Notes: a model not told the origin generated them from the sequence alone. DNA of 64,000 nt from an uncultured Gemmatimonadales bacterium (GCA_963739455.1 CAVUAK010000001.1:288001-352000); one strand, 5' to 3'; shown: positions 19,407 to 29,720, counted from the first letter of the stretch. A program made the numbers and translations.

Positions 19407-20215
19407 AGTACGCCGAGCACGCAGTTGCCGGGGCAGCCGCCCGCTTTGTGCAGTGCATCTGGAGCCTGGACGGTGACGGCCTCGACCCTGCTGCGACCGC
19501 CGACCCGATTCTCCCCGACGGCTGCATCGAGCTGCTCCTCGACACCGGCGACCCGGTGGACCGACACACGGTGAATGGCGTCGAACGCCAGCCACGACGT
19601 CAGGTGGCCGGCCAGCTAACCACCGCCGTGCGGATCAGGCCCACCGGACGACTCGGGGTCATCGGCGTACGGCTCCATCCCTGGGCGGCTGGCACCTTCC
19701 TCCAGGTGCCCATGCACGAGTTTCGCGATCGCATGCTGCCTGCTGATGACCTGCGGGTCGCGAACAATCTTCTTCGCGACGCGAGCAATGGGGACAGTCC
19801 GGACGAGCGCATGCGGCTCCTGCAGGAAGCGATCGAACGACATGCCCTGACGCTGCCGGCCCCGGCACCCGCCGCGATGGTCATGACGGCGCAGGTGATG
19901 CGCGGCCCATCCGACCCCACCATTCGCGCGATGGCCGACGGCATTGGACTCACCACGCGCCGGGTACAGGCCATCTTCGCCGATCATGTCGGGCTGTCGC
20001 CCAAGGCGCTCTCGCGCATCGCCCGACTGCAGCGCGCACTCGCGCATGCCCGGAGCCAGCCGAACTGCACCCTGGGCGCAGTGGCCCACGACAGCGGCTA
20101 CTACGACCACGCCCACTTCATACGCGACTGCCGCGACATTGCCGGCGAGACGCCGGGAAGCGTGCTCGGCCGCGCCGGCGACGTCACCACGGCATTCCTC
20201 GGCGCCGAGACCTAG
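19403..20215 (+). CDS. AraC-family transcriptional regulator (DUF6597-like N-terminus)
   Basis: ILPDGCIELL; C-terminal VGLSPK..GYYDHAHFIRD. Confidence 0.88.
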   Translation: MKYAEHAVAGAAARFVQCIWSLDGDGLDPAATADPILPDGCIELLLDTGDPVDRHTVNGVERQPRRQVAGQLTTAVRIRPTGRLGVIGVRLHPWAAGTFLQVPMHEFRDRMLPADDLRVANNLLRDASNGDSPDERMRLLQEAIERHALTLPAPAPAAMVMTAQVMRGPSDPTIRAMADGIGLTTRRVQAIFADHVGLSPKALSRIARLQRALAHARSQPNCTLGAVAHDSGYYDHAHFIRDCRDIAGETPGSVLGRAGDVTTAFLGAET

Positions 20216-20706
20216 CGTTCCTCGCAGGATACGCGATGGTAGACGTACGGGATGCGCCGCTTCTGCGCACCATCCATTCCCTCGATCCATGCACTGAGCG
20301 AGTCGCGGCCCACCACCTCGTAGCCAACACTCGTCGGAAAGCTGTTGGTCGGATTGTGCACCGTGAACCCGTGGGCTCCCGTCATGCTGCCGCTGAACGT
20401 CGTACGCTGCTGGCCAATCGGCGTCACGATGTAGTCCACTGAGTCTCCGCGCAGGCGCAGCTCCACGAACTCGATTTCCTTCACGGCGTCGGCGGAAGTG
20501 ACCCTGGCGCTGCCAAGCATCATGGCGCCTCGGGGACGCATCCACTGCTCCTCGATGACGCGGCTGCCGGCACCTCCCTGCCAGCACCCGGCCAGCCAGG
20601 AGAGCCCCGACGCAGCGTTCGTTGGACTTGGATTGAGGGCCAGTAGCGGCATGGCACCGCATACGAGTGAAAGAACGATCGCGAGATACTTGGGAGGATG
20701 TGTCAT
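20212..20706 (-). CDS. Secreted hypothetical protein (DUF6265-like)
   Basis: LSWLAGCW..IEEQW..P.G.MMLG..NP..FP pattern. Confidence 0.65.
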   Translation of the reverse strand: MTHPPKYLAIVLSLVCGAMPLLALNPSPTNAASGLSWLAGCWQGGAGSRVIEEQWMRPRGAMMLGSARVTSADAVKEIEFVELRLRGDSVDYIVTPIGQQRTTFSGSMTGAHGFTVHNPTNSFPTSVGYEVVGRDSLSAWIEGMDGAQKRRIPYVYHRVSCEER

Positions 20707-20816
20707 GGCTCGTTGGGTTAGGGTTCGATCAATCTGGTCCCCGAGCGGCCCGTTGCCTTGTACGAATGCGAACCCATGGCGACCTTCCCCGTTCCCTGTT
20801 CCCGGAGTTCCGTCGC

Positions 20817-21293
20817 ATGCGTAGCACTACCCTGCTCCTTGCCCTGGTTGCACTTCCCGCTGTCGCCGCCGCCCAGGCCCGGGCCTCCGCCCATGATCCC
20901 GCCGCGGTGCGCAAGGCGATTGATGCCCGCAACGCCGAGTGGACTACCGCTGCGAACAAGGGTGACGTGAAGGGGATCGTGAAGATCTACGACGCCGGCG
21001 CCACCATCGTTCCGCCCGAGAGCGAGGCGATGACGGGTGCGGCGAATATCGAGAAGGTCTTCGGCGGGATGCTCGGTGCAGGGGTCAAGAACCTGAAGTT
21101 CAAGACCAGCTCGCTCGACATCAACGGCAACTACGCCTACGAGCTGGGCGTGGCCACGTACGACGCACCTGGCAAGGATGGCAAGCTCATCGCAGCGAGC
21201 GACAAGTACCTCGTCATCTGGAAGCTCGGCACCGACGGCATCTGGTACTACCACCTCGACGCCTGGTGGGCCCCGTCGACGCACACACACTGA
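20817..21293 (+). CDS. NTF2-like/DUF4440 (YybH-like) secreted protein
   Basis: Signal peptide; AYELG...KYLVIWK..DG.W. Confidence 0.8.
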   Translation: MRSTTLLLALVALPAVAAAQARASAHDPAAVRKAIDARNAEWTTAANKGDVKGIVKIYDAGATIVPPESEAMTGAANIEKVFGGMLGAGVKNLKFKTSSLDINGNYAYELGVATYDAPGKDGKLIAASDKYLVIWKLGTDGIWYYHLDAWWAPSTHTH

Positions 21294-21347
21294 AGAGGAA
21301 AGCGCAAAATCGCCCCAGCCGCAGTTTCGGGTCTGGGGCGCCTAGCG

Positions 21348-21398
21348 CCCCGCCCCCACCTTCCCCGCCTTCCCCGCCCTCCCCGCCCTCCCCGCCCT
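21348..21398. repeat. 9-bp CCCCGCCYT tandem array (~5 units)
   Basis: Seen directly between convergent genes, after a hairpin at 21311-21340. Confidence 0.9.
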
Positions 21399-21441
21399 CA
21401 GCCCCAGCGCGCCACGCTGCTCAGAGCCCTTCAGGCCCTCG

Positions 21442-22236
21442 CTACAGGATCGACCGCACCACCCCACCGTCCACCCTGAGTGCCGCGCCGGTCGTGGCAC
21501 TGGCGCGCGCGCTGCAGAGGTAGACGATCATCGACGCCACCTCATCGGCGGTGGCGAACCGCCGGAGCAGCGACGATGGACGCGCGCTGGTGAAGAACTC
21601 CTTCTCCATCGCCGCGAAGTCGATCCCCTTCGCATCCGCCATCTGCTGCACGAACGTCCCCACCCCCTCGGACGCCGTCGGCCCCGGCAAAACCGTGTTG
21701 ACGGTCACCCTCGTGCCCGACAGTGACTCCGCCAGTCCGCGAGCCACGGCGATCTGCGCGGTCTTCGTCATGCCATAGTGGATCATCTCCACCGGGATCT
21801 GCACCGCCGACTCGCTCGACACGAACACGATGCGCCCCCAGTCTCGCGTGCGCATGCCCCGCATGTAATGCCGCGACAGCCGCACGCCGCTCAGCACGTT
21901 CACCTCGAAGAACCGCAGCCAGTCGGCATCGGTGATCTCCTCGAACGGCTGCGGCGCGAAGATGCCGACGTTGTTCACCAGGATGTCCGCCTCCGGCACC
22001 TCCCGGATCAGCTTCTCGCAGCCCGCCGCGGTGCCGAGGTCGGCGGCGACACCCCGCACCTCCGCCCCGTTCACGCCGTCCACGATCGCGCCCACCGCCT
22101 CTTCCACACGGGCAGCGGTGCGACCGTTCACCACCACCTTTGCTCCCTCGGCGGCCAGCAGCCTGGCCGTGGCCAGGCCAATGCCGGCGGTTGAACCGGT
22201 GACCACCGCGCGATGACCCACAAGTTCGAGATCCAT
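21442..22236 (-). CDS. SDR family oxidoreductase
   Basis: TGSTAGIG, NNVG, YGMTK catalytic motif. Confidence 0.93.
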   Translation of the reverse strand: MDLELVGHRAVVTGSTAGIGLATARLLAAEGAKVVVNGRTAARVEEAVGAIVDGVNGAEVRGVAADLGTAAGCEKLIREVPEADILVNNVGIFAPQPFEEITDADWLRFFEVNVLSGVRLSRHYMRGMRTRDWGRIVFVSSESAVQIPVEMIHYGMTKTAQIAVARGLAESLSGTRVTVNTVLPGPTASEGVGTFVQQMADAKGIDFAAMEKEFFTSARPSSLLRRFATADEVASMIVYLCSARASATTGAALRVDGGVVRSIL

Positions 22237-22252
22237 GCAGCATATTACACGC

Positions 22253-23371
22253 ATGCGCCCAGCCACGGTTCTCACGCTCGCGTTCGGCGTCATCGGCTGC
22301 CAGACGTCCGATGCGCAGAAGACGCAGTTCACCACCGGATCGCTCGCCGGCACGGCGATCACGGTCTACGCCAAGGGCCTCGACGCGCCCTGGGGCCTCG
22401 CATTCCTCCCGGACGGCAGGGCCCTGGTCACTGAGCGGCCGGGCCGCCTGCGCCTGGTGGCACCCACCGGCGCCCTCTCGGAACCGATCAGTGGCGTGCC
22501 CGCTGTCGTGGCCAGCGGCCAGGGCGGCCTCCTCGACGTCGCCATCGGCCCGGACCAGCTGGTCTATCTCTCGTACGCCGAGAGTGGTCCCGCGGGCGTT
22601 GGCACCGCCGTCGCCCGGGGCACCCTCACAGGCACCGCACTTGAAAACGTTCAAGTGATCTGGCGGCAGGTCCCCAAGGTCAGTGGGTCCAATCACTTCG
22701 GCTCCCGCCTCGTCTTCGCGCGCGACGGCACCCTCTTCATCACCACCGGCGAGCGATTCACGTATCGAGATAGCGCCCAGAGCCTCACCAACACCCTGGG
22801 CAAGGTCATCCGCATCAACGCCGACGGCACCATTCCGAAGGACAACCCCTTTGTCGGCCGCAAGGATGCACTCCCCGAGATCTGGTCCTATGGCCACCGC
22901 AACATGCAGGGAGCAACGCTTAATCCAGAGACCGGGCAGCTCTGGACGATCGAGCACGGCGCACAGGGTGGCGACGAGCTCAACCTCGACCTGGCGGGCA
23001 AGAACTACGGCTGGCCGGTGATCACCTGGGGCGTGGATTATTCCGGGGACAAGATCGGGGAGGGCACCACCAAGGCCGGCATGGAACAGCCTGTCTGGTA
23101 TTGGGTGCCCTCCATCGCTCCATCGGGCCTGGAGTACTACACCGGCGACGCCTTTCCCCAGTGGCGCGGCAGTTTCTTCGTCGGTGCGCTCAAGTGGCAG
23201 GGCCTGTCACGCATCGTGGTGGCCCCCGACGGAACCGCGAGGGAAGAACGCTTCCAGGACCAGCAGCTCAAGCGCCGTATCCGGAACGTCCGCCAGGGCC
23301 CCGACGGTGCGCTCTACCTGCTGGTCGACTCGAGCGACGGGGAAATCCTGCGTATATCTTCTTCCCCATGA
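22253..23371 (+). CDS. PQQ-dependent glucose/sorbosone dehydrogenase (YliI-like)
   Basis: PWGLAFLPDG, GQGGLLD, HFGSRL, YGHRNMQG, EHGAQGGDELN, NYGWP. Confidence 0.93.
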   Translation: MRPATVLTLAFGVIGCQTSDAQKTQFTTGSLAGTAITVYAKGLDAPWGLAFLPDGRALVTERPGRLRLVAPTGALSEPISGVPAVVASGQGGLLDVAIGPDQLVYLSYAESGPAGVGTAVARGTLTGTALENVQVIWRQVPKVSGSNHFGSRLVFARDGTLFITTGERFTYRDSAQSLTNTLGKVIRINADGTIPKDNPFVGRKDALPEIWSYGHRNMQGATLNPETGQLWTIEHGAQGGDELNLDLAGKNYGWPVITWGVDYSGDKIGEGTTKAGMEQPVWYWVPSIAPSGLEYYTGDAFPQWRGSFFVGALKWQGLSRIVVAPDGTAREERFQDQQLKRRIRNVRQGPDGALYLLVDSSDGEILRISSSP

Positions 23372-24555
23372 GTGCCTCCGGCGTCTCTGACAGTTATTCC
23401 GATGGCGCCGCGGAACCGCCCATCTGGTCCCCTCCCGACCCCGCCCTCGCCGCCGCCGGTATCGAGGGCGAATTCGTTGTAGCCCGGGTGCGCCTCCTCG
23501 CCATGGCGCTGCTCCTCATCTCGCCCACCTACAGCGTCATTCGCGAACCCGACAAGCCGATGCATGTCACCGGCTTTGCGGTAACGCTGGTCGGGGCTAT
23601 CGCGGCGGTGGCCATCTGGTCCGCACTCCGTCGCGGACGCTGGCGCCCCTGGATTGGCTTCGCCTCCAGTACGCTCGACGTCTCCCTCGTCAGCCTTGCA
23701 CTGGTCACGTTCCTGATGGTGAGCTCGCCGCTCCAGGCACTCAACTCGAACGTCACCTTCGAGATGTATTTCCTGGCCATCCTCGCCACCAGCCTGCGGT
23801 ACGACGCGAGGATCTGTATCGTGGTCGGTGCCATCGGCGTGGCCCAGTATGCCACGCTCTGGGCCTTCGCAGACATGCGGTACAACCTCTACGATCCGAC
23901 GCACTTCGCTGATACCGGACCCTACTCCCCGGTTGACCTGTTCACCCGCCTCATCCTCCTCGGCATCTCCACCTTGCTCGCCGTGACCATCGTGCGCCGC
24001 GCGCAGCGCCTGCTCTATCTCGCCGCGCGCGACCGGCTCACCGGCCTCTACAATCGCGGCCACTTCGACCGGAGCCTCGCCGCAGCGATGGAGGCCTCCG
24101 CGCGCGATCGCCAGCCACTGTCGCTCGCGATCCTCGACGTCGATCACTTCAAGCAGATCAACGACATGTACGGCCACGCACTCGGCGATCGCGCCCTGAT
24201 CGAGGTGGCCAACCTGCTCTCCCGCGCCATGCGCCGCACCGACATGGTCGCCCGCTACGGCGGCGAGGAGTTCGTCATCCTCATGCCGGGCACCCCGCGC
24301 GATGCGGCACTTCTCCGCCTCGAGGCGCTCCGGCAGGAAGTGGCGACATCCCCGATCGACCTGGGCGAGAGCAGAAAGCTCATCGTGAACTTCAGCGCCG
24401 GCGTCGCCGGGACGCCCGCCGACCTCATGGTCATTTCGCCGAAGGACCTGCTTTCCTTCGCCGATGCCCGCCTCCTCGCCGCCAAGCGCGCCGGTCGCGC
24501 CCGCTGTATCGGCACCGACGCCTTCGCCGAGGACCCTCTCATCATGGCCAGCTGA
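23368..24555 (+). CDS. Membrane-anchored diguanylate cyclase (GGDEF)
   Basis: Several TM helices; DRLTGLYNR, DVDHFKQIND, RxxD I-site (RRTD) and GGEEF. Confidence 0.93.
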   Translation: MSASGVSDSYSDGAAEPPIWSPPDPALAAAGIEGEFVVARVRLLAMALLLISPTYSVIREPDKPMHVTGFAVTLVGAIAAVAIWSALRRGRWRPWIGFASSTLDVSLVSLALVTFLMVSSPLQALNSNVTFEMYFLAILATSLRYDARICIVVGAIGVAQYATLWAFADMRYNLYDPTHFADTGPYSPVDLFTRLILLGISTLLAVTIVRRAQRLLYLAARDRLTGLYNRGHFDRSLAAAMEASARDRQPLSLAILDVDHFKQINDMYGHALGDRALIEVANLLSRAMRRTDMVARYGGEEFVILMPGTPRDAALLRLEALRQEVATSPIDLGESRKLIVNFSAGVAGTPADLMVISPKDLLSFADARLLAAKRAGRARCIGTDAFAEDPLIMAS

Positions 24556-24600
24556 CGTCCCAATCTGAAACCTTTGCAGTGCCCTGCCCGTCGTAGGCCC

Positions 24601-25476
24601 ATGCTCAAAATCAGCGATGTATCCAAGACGTACGCCAATGGCGTGCGTGCGCTCTCCGGCATTACCCTCTCCGTCGGGCATGGCCTCTTCGGCCTCCTGG
24701 GCCCGAATGGCGCCGGCAAGTCCACCCTCATGCGCACCATCGCCACGCTTCAGGAGCCTGACACCGGCACCATCTGCTTCGGCGACCGCGACGTGCTGGC
24801 CGACCCCCAGACCCATCGCCGCCATCTGGGATACCTCCCCCAGGACTTCGACGTCTACCCCGGCATCTCCGCCCTCACGCTCCTCGATCACCTCGCCATC
24901 CTCAAGGGCGTCACGTCGAGAGCCGATCGCCGAGCCCAGGTGGACGCACTCCTGCTGCAGACCAACCTCTACCAGCATCGCAACAAGGCGGTGAGCGGCT
25001 TCTCCGGCGGCATGAAGCAGCGCTTCGGCGTTGCCCAGGCCCTGCTCGGCAGTCCGCAACTTCTCATCGTGGACGAACCCACCGCCGGTCTCGATCCCGA
25101 GGAGCGGAATCGCTTCCACAACCTCCTGGGTGAGATCGGTGAGAACGTCGTCGTCATCCTGTCGACCCACATCGTGGAAGATGTGCGCCAGCTCTGTCCC
25201 CGCATGGCGATACTCTCTGGCGGACAGGTCGTGGAGGAAGGCGACCCCGTGCGTCTCTGCGCCGGACTCGACGGACGCGTCTGGCGTCGCACCGTCCCGC
25301 GCGACGCGCTCGCACGCTATCGCGCCACCTTCCCCGTCCTCTCGGAACGCTTGAGCGCCGGAAAGACCGTCCTTCGGGTAATCGCGGACGCCGCACCAGA
25401 CAGCGGCTTCGAGCCGGCCTCACCAGAGCTTGAGGACGTGTACTTCGCCGCACTCGCCGCCCGGCCGGCGGCATGA
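24601..25476 (+). CDS. ABC transporter ATP-binding protein (ABC-2 type)
   Basis: GPNGAGKST, FSGGMKQR, DEPTAGLDPEER. Confidence 0.95.
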   Translation: MLKISDVSKTYANGVRALSGITLSVGHGLFGLLGPNGAGKSTLMRTIATLQEPDTGTICFGDRDVLADPQTHRRHLGYLPQDFDVYPGISALTLLDHLAILKGVTSRADRRAQVDALLLQTNLYQHRNKAVSGFSGGMKQRFGVAQALLGSPQLLIVDEPTAGLDPEERNRFHNLLGEIGENVVVILSTHIVEDVRQLCPRMAILSGGQVVEEGDPVRLCAGLDGRVWRRTVPRDALARYRATFPVLSERLSAGKTVLRVIADAAPDSGFEPASPELEDVYFAALAARPAA

Positions 25477-28400
25477 ACGCCCTGCTCGCCTTCGAGTGGC
25501 GCTATCACACGCGCCAGCTTTCGTATTTCGCCGCGCTCGCGCTCGTCTGCGGCACCGCCTTCGTGCTCATCTCCACCGGCTTCGGCCCCACCAACCTCTT
25601 CATCAACTCCCCGTACGTCGTGACGTACTCGCTCGGGATGCTGTCGCTCGTGGGGATCTTCCTGGTGACGGTGCTCAGTGCCAATGGCCTCCTGCGCGAC
25701 TCCGAGCACCGCATGAGCGAGATCATCTTCGCGACGCCCATCGGCCGCTGGAGCTACCTGGTGAGCCGGTTCATCGGCATCGTGCTTGCCTCGTTCGCGG
25801 CGTTCGTGCTCGCCGGCCTCGTCCTCATGCTGGCACCGCTGCTGCTCGGTGTCGACCCCGTGCGGCTCGGCCCAGTGCAACCCTGGAGCTATGCCTGGGC
25901 ACTGCTCGTCCTCGTCCTGCCCAACCTCGTCATCGCGACCGCCATCGTATTCGCCATCGCTGCCGCCACGCGCAGCACACTGGCCACCTGGGTGGGCGGC
26001 GTGCTGGTCTACGCGCTCTACTTCATCACCGCGATGCTGGTGGACTCGCCGCTCATGGCCGGTACCTCACCGCCGACTGCCGTGGCGCTGGCTCGCGCGG
26101 CAATCCTCGATCCATTCGGGCTCTCGGCGTTCTTCGAGCAGACCCGCTACTGGACCCCCGCCGAGCGAAATACGCAGTTGCTCTCGTTCTCCGGTCACTT
26201 CCTCTGGAACCGGCTGCTCTGGCTGGCAGTGGCGGGCGGGATCTTCGCGGTCACTGCGCGGCTCTTCCGCATGCGCACCATGCCACGACAGGGTCGCAGT
26301 CCGCTGCCGGCTGCCGACTCACTGCCGACTGCCGACAGCCGACTGACGACAGGCGCATCGTCAGCCTTCGCCTCCGCGGCTCGCCTGGACATCCGCTACG
26401 CCCTCACCAGCCGCCCGTCAGTCGCGCTCATGCTGCTCTGGATCTTTTTCATCAGCGTGGAACTGTGGAGCGACACGTCCGCCGAGTACGGCAGCAGCAT
26501 GTACCCCACGACAGCGACGATGCTCGACACCATCGCGGTACCGCTGACCCGGCTGGGCGCACTGGTGCTGATTTTCTTCGCCGCCGAACTCGTCTGGCGC
26601 GCGCGCGCCCACGCGATGGACGAATTGCTGAACGCGACCCCGGCGTCCCCGGCAATGTTCTACCTGGCACATCTCGCGGCCCTCGCGGGCCTGGTGATCG
26701 CCATGACCGCGACGGCGATCACCGTCGCAATCGTCGTGCAGCTGCTCCAGGGCTATCACGAGTTCATGCTGCCGGTGTACGCCTCGCTCTTCTGGACTGC
26801 GACCGTGCCGCTCATCATCCTCGCGGTGCTGGTGCTGCTGCTGAACGTGCTGAGCCCCAACCGCTACGTCGGCATGTTCCTGTCCCTTATCGCCGTCGTT
26901 ACGCTCCAGTTCGGTGTGGGAGGCATCGAGCATCCGCTCCTGCGCTATGGTGCCGCTCCTGAGGTGAGCTGGTCCGACATCAGCGGCTTCAGCAGCACTG
27001 CCGCCTCCTTCGCCTGGTTCTCCCTCTACTGGGGTATCGTCGCAGCCTTCATCGCCAGCCTCACGGTGGCGGCATGGCGTCGTGGGCGCGACGCCACCTT
27101 GTCGCGGCGCCTCACGGCGATTCCCCGCCGGCTTGGGCGGGGTGGCGTCGCCGTCACTGGGGCACTCTTCGTCATCGCGGCGTCAATCGGTGCGTTCCTG
27201 TACTACCAGGGCAACGTGCGACAGCGGTACACCACGCGCGAAGACATGGACCAGTGGCGCGCCGAGTATGAGCGCCAGTGGCGTTCGCGCACTGCCGCCT
27301 CGCCCGCGATCGCCAGCATCACCTCGGAAGTCGCCCTCTTTCCCGGGGAACGCCGGTACACTGCGTCGGGCACATACCGACTGGAGAATCACACCGACAG
27401 AAATATCGACACGGTCTGGATATCAGTGCGTCGCGAGGCGCGCGACGTGATCCTGGCGCTCGACGGCGCCGGCGCCGTCGTCGTCGACAGTACCTACAGC
27501 ATGTACGGCTTCGTTCCCGCGGCGCTGCTGGCGCCGGGCGAATCCGCGACCTTCACCTTTTCGCTCGCCGTGCAGCAGCCCCGCATTCGCTCTGCCGGGT
27601 TCGATGAGTCGCTCGCCGGCAACGGCACCTTCCTCATGAACACGCGCATCTTCCCGCAGCCAGGGTTCAACCGCGGTTACGAGGTCGATGACGCTAACGA
27701 TCGGCAGCGTCTCGGCCTCCCGGTGCCGGCGCCCGCCGACCGGACCGCGACGCCGTGGATCGCCTTCGAGATGACCGTGTCGACCTCGGCAGACCAGGTC
27801 GCAATCGCACCCGGCAACCTCGAGCGCGAATGGAAGGACGGGAGCCGCCGCTTCTTCCGGTACTCCAGCGAGAGCATGGTCAACTGGTTCGCCCTTGCCT
27901 CGGCGCGGTACGCCGTGAAGAAGGAGATGCACGACGGGGTCACGATCGAGGTGTACTACCATCCCGCGCATGCTGCGAACGTCGACCGGATGATCGCGGC
28001 TGCCGCAGCCTCGCTCGACCTCTTCGGAACGACTTTCGGTCCGTACCCGTTCCAGGAGCTCCGCATCGTCGAGGTGCCGTCCACCTGGGCGATGGGCGCC
28101 GCTGTTGCATTCCCCGGCACGATCTTTTTCGTCGAGGACCGCGGGTTCCTCACCGACGCGCGCGATAGCACCCGGCTCGACATCGTCACCCGCCGCGTCG
28201 CCCACGAGGTGGCGCACCAGTGGTGGGGCATGCAGCTGTCACCCGCCCCAGGTCCCGGTGCCACGATGCTGGTCGAGTCGTTCGCGAAGTACGGGGAGCA
28301 GCGCGTGCTCGCCGCGCGGCAGGGAGAAGCGATGGTGGCCGAACTCATGTCCTTCGACCAGGATCGCTACCTCTCAGGTCGCACCGGTGTGGAGGAATCC

Positions 28401-28949
28401 GAGGTGCCGCTCACCCAGGTCACCGACGAGTCCTGGCTCTACTACGGCAAGGGCGGCGTAATCATGAATGCGCTGCGAGCGCTGGTCGGGCAGGAGGCAC
28501 TGGATCGATCACTGCAGCGCCTGCTGCAGGAGTACGGCGGGCCCGAGGGCCGGGCTAGGACCGCCGACTTCCTCGCCATCCTGCACGAGGAGACGCGGGA
28601 GGAATACCACGCGCGGGTCGATGAATGGCTGGGAGAGGTGGTGCTCTACGACCTGTCCATTCCTGCGGTGACGGCGAAGGCCCTGCCCGATGGACGCTTC
28701 GAGGTCACGGTCGAGGTGAAGGCCGCAAAGCTCAAGGGAGACGACGCCCAGCCGCTCGGCGAGCCGGTCGACCTTGCGGTCTACGGCGCCGACAGCCTCC
28801 TCACGATGGAGCAGCCATTCCTCTCCTCCCGCGACACCACCCTCACGATCACCGTCGATGGTCGGCCGGAACGCGTCGCGATCGACCCCGTCATACGCCG
28901 CCTCGATCGCGAACGCTCCGACAACGAGAAGAAGGTCACCCTACCCTAG
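25473..28949 (+). CDS. ABC-2 permease / M1 aminopeptidase fusion
   Basis: Two TM permease halves, then HEVAHQWWG with a downstream Glu (LVES) and YYGKG. Confidence 0.9.
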   Translation: MNALLAFEWRYHTRQLSYFAALALVCGTAFVLISTGFGPTNLFINSPYVVTYSLGMLSLVGIFLVTVLSANGLLRDSEHRMSEIIFATPIGRWSYLVSRFIGIVLASFAAFVLAGLVLMLAPLLLGVDPVRLGPVQPWSYAWALLVLVLPNLVIATAIVFAIAAATRSTLATWVGGVLVYALYFITAMLVDSPLMAGTSPPTAVALARAAILDPFGLSAFFEQTRYWTPAERNTQLLSFSGHFLWNRLLWLAVAGGIFAVTARLFRMRTMPRQGRSPLPAADSLPTADSRLTTGASSAFASAARLDIRYALTSRPSVALMLLWIFFISVELWSDTSAEYGSSMYPTTATMLDTIAVPLTRLGALVLIFFAAELVWRARAHAMDELLNATPASPAMFYLAHLAALAGLVIAMTATAITVAIVVQLLQGYHEFMLPVYASLFWTATVPLIILAVLVLLLNVLSPNRYVGMFLSLIAVVTLQFGVGGIEHPLLRYGAAPEVSWSDISGFSSTAASFAWFSLYWGIVAAFIASLTVAAWRRGRDATLSRRLTAIPRRLGRGGVAVTGALFVIAASIGAFLYYQGNVRQRYTTREDMDQWRAEYERQWRSRTAASPAIASITSEVALFPGERRYTASGTYRLENHTDRNIDTVWISVRREARDVILALDGAGAVVVDSTYSMYGFVPAALLAPGESATFTFSLAVQQPRIRSAGFDESLAGNGTFLMNTRIFPQPGFNRGYEVDDANDRQRLGLPVPAPADRTATPWIAFEMTVSTSADQVAIAPGNLEREWKDGSRRFFRYSSESMVNWFALASARYAVKKEMHDGVTIEVYYHPAHAANVDRMIAAAAASLDLFGTTFGPYPFQELRIVEVPSTWAMGAAVAFPGTIFFVEDRGFLTDARDSTRLDIVTRRVAHEVAHQWWGMQLSPAPGPGATMLVESFAKYGEQRVLAARQGEAMVAELMSFDQDRYLSGRTGVEESEVPLTQVTDESWLYYGKGGVIMNALRALVGQEALDRSLQRLLQEYGGPEGRARTADFLAILHEETREEYHARVDEWLGEVVLYDLSIPAVTAKALPDGRFEVTVEVKAAKLKGDDAQPLGEPVDLAVYGADSLLTMEQPFLSSRDTTLTITVDGRPERVAIDPVIRRLDRERSDNEKKVTLP

Positions 28950-29720
28950 CGTCCGTCCGATCTGTTCCTCAAATCCCTTTCGATATCCCCGGCTCAGCGT
29001 GAGCCGGGTGCCTCCCTCCAGCACCACCGTGTAGTCCCCGCTCGGCAACGCCAGCATCTCCTTCACCCGCCCCAGGCTCACGATCGTCGAGCGATGCACC
29101 CGCGCGAACTGACGCGGGTCCAGCTGCTCCGCGAGATTGTTCATCGTCTCCCGCACCGCGTACTGACCATCGCCCGTGTGCAGCCGCACATAGTTGTCCG
29201 CCGCCTCGATCCAGTGAATTTCCCCAACAGGCACCAGTGTCACCCGGTTCGCCACCTTGGCCGGGATCCGCTCCAGCCACTCCGTGCGCGGTGCAAGTGC
29301 CTTCAGCAGCTGGTCGAGGCGGTCGTCACTCGTCCCCGAACCGAGACGTTCCCGTACCCGGCCGAGCGCCACCCGGAATCGCCGCTGGTCAAATGGCTTG
29401 AGCAGGTAATCCACCGCATGCTGCTCAAAGGCGTCGATCGCATACGTGTCGTGCGCCGTGACGAACACCACGGCCTTCGGGCGGTCGGCCCCGAGCGACA
29501 TGAGCACCTCGAGTCCCGTCCTCCCCGGCATCTGCATGTCGAGCAGCAGCACATCCGGCCGGTGCGCCTTCACGGCCGTCACCGCCTGTTCCCCATCCAC
29601 GCACTCGGCGACCAGCTCCACATCGGGTTCCTGCTCCAGGAGCCGGCGAAGGCCGAGCCGCACCAGGGGCTCGTCATCCACCAGCACGACGCGGAGCCGC
29701 CTAGAGGACGGGACGGTCAT
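28941..29720 (-). CDS. LytTR-family response regulator
   Basis: VDDEP, LDMQMP, FVTAH, DYLLKPF, FARVHRSTIV. Confidence 0.95.
   Translation of the reverse strand: MTVPSSRRLRVVLVDDEPLVRLGLRRLLEQEPDVELVAECVDGEQAVTAVKAHRPDVLLLDMQMPGRTGLEVLMSLGADRPKAVVFVTAHDTYAIDAFEQHAVDYLLKPFDQRRFRVALGRVRERLGSGTSDDRLDQLLKALAPRTEWLERIPAKVANRVTLVPVGEIHWIEAADNYVRLHTGDGQYAVRETMNNLAEQLDPRQFARVHRSTIVSLGRVKEMLALPSGDYTVVLEGGTRLTLSRGYRKGFEEQIGRTLG

Noticed and set aside
23314..25170. Long antisense/alternate-frame ORFs (also 34228-35733, 52069-53709, 21542-22957)
   Set aside because: Shadow ORFs expected opposite real genes in high-GC DNA; no motifs.
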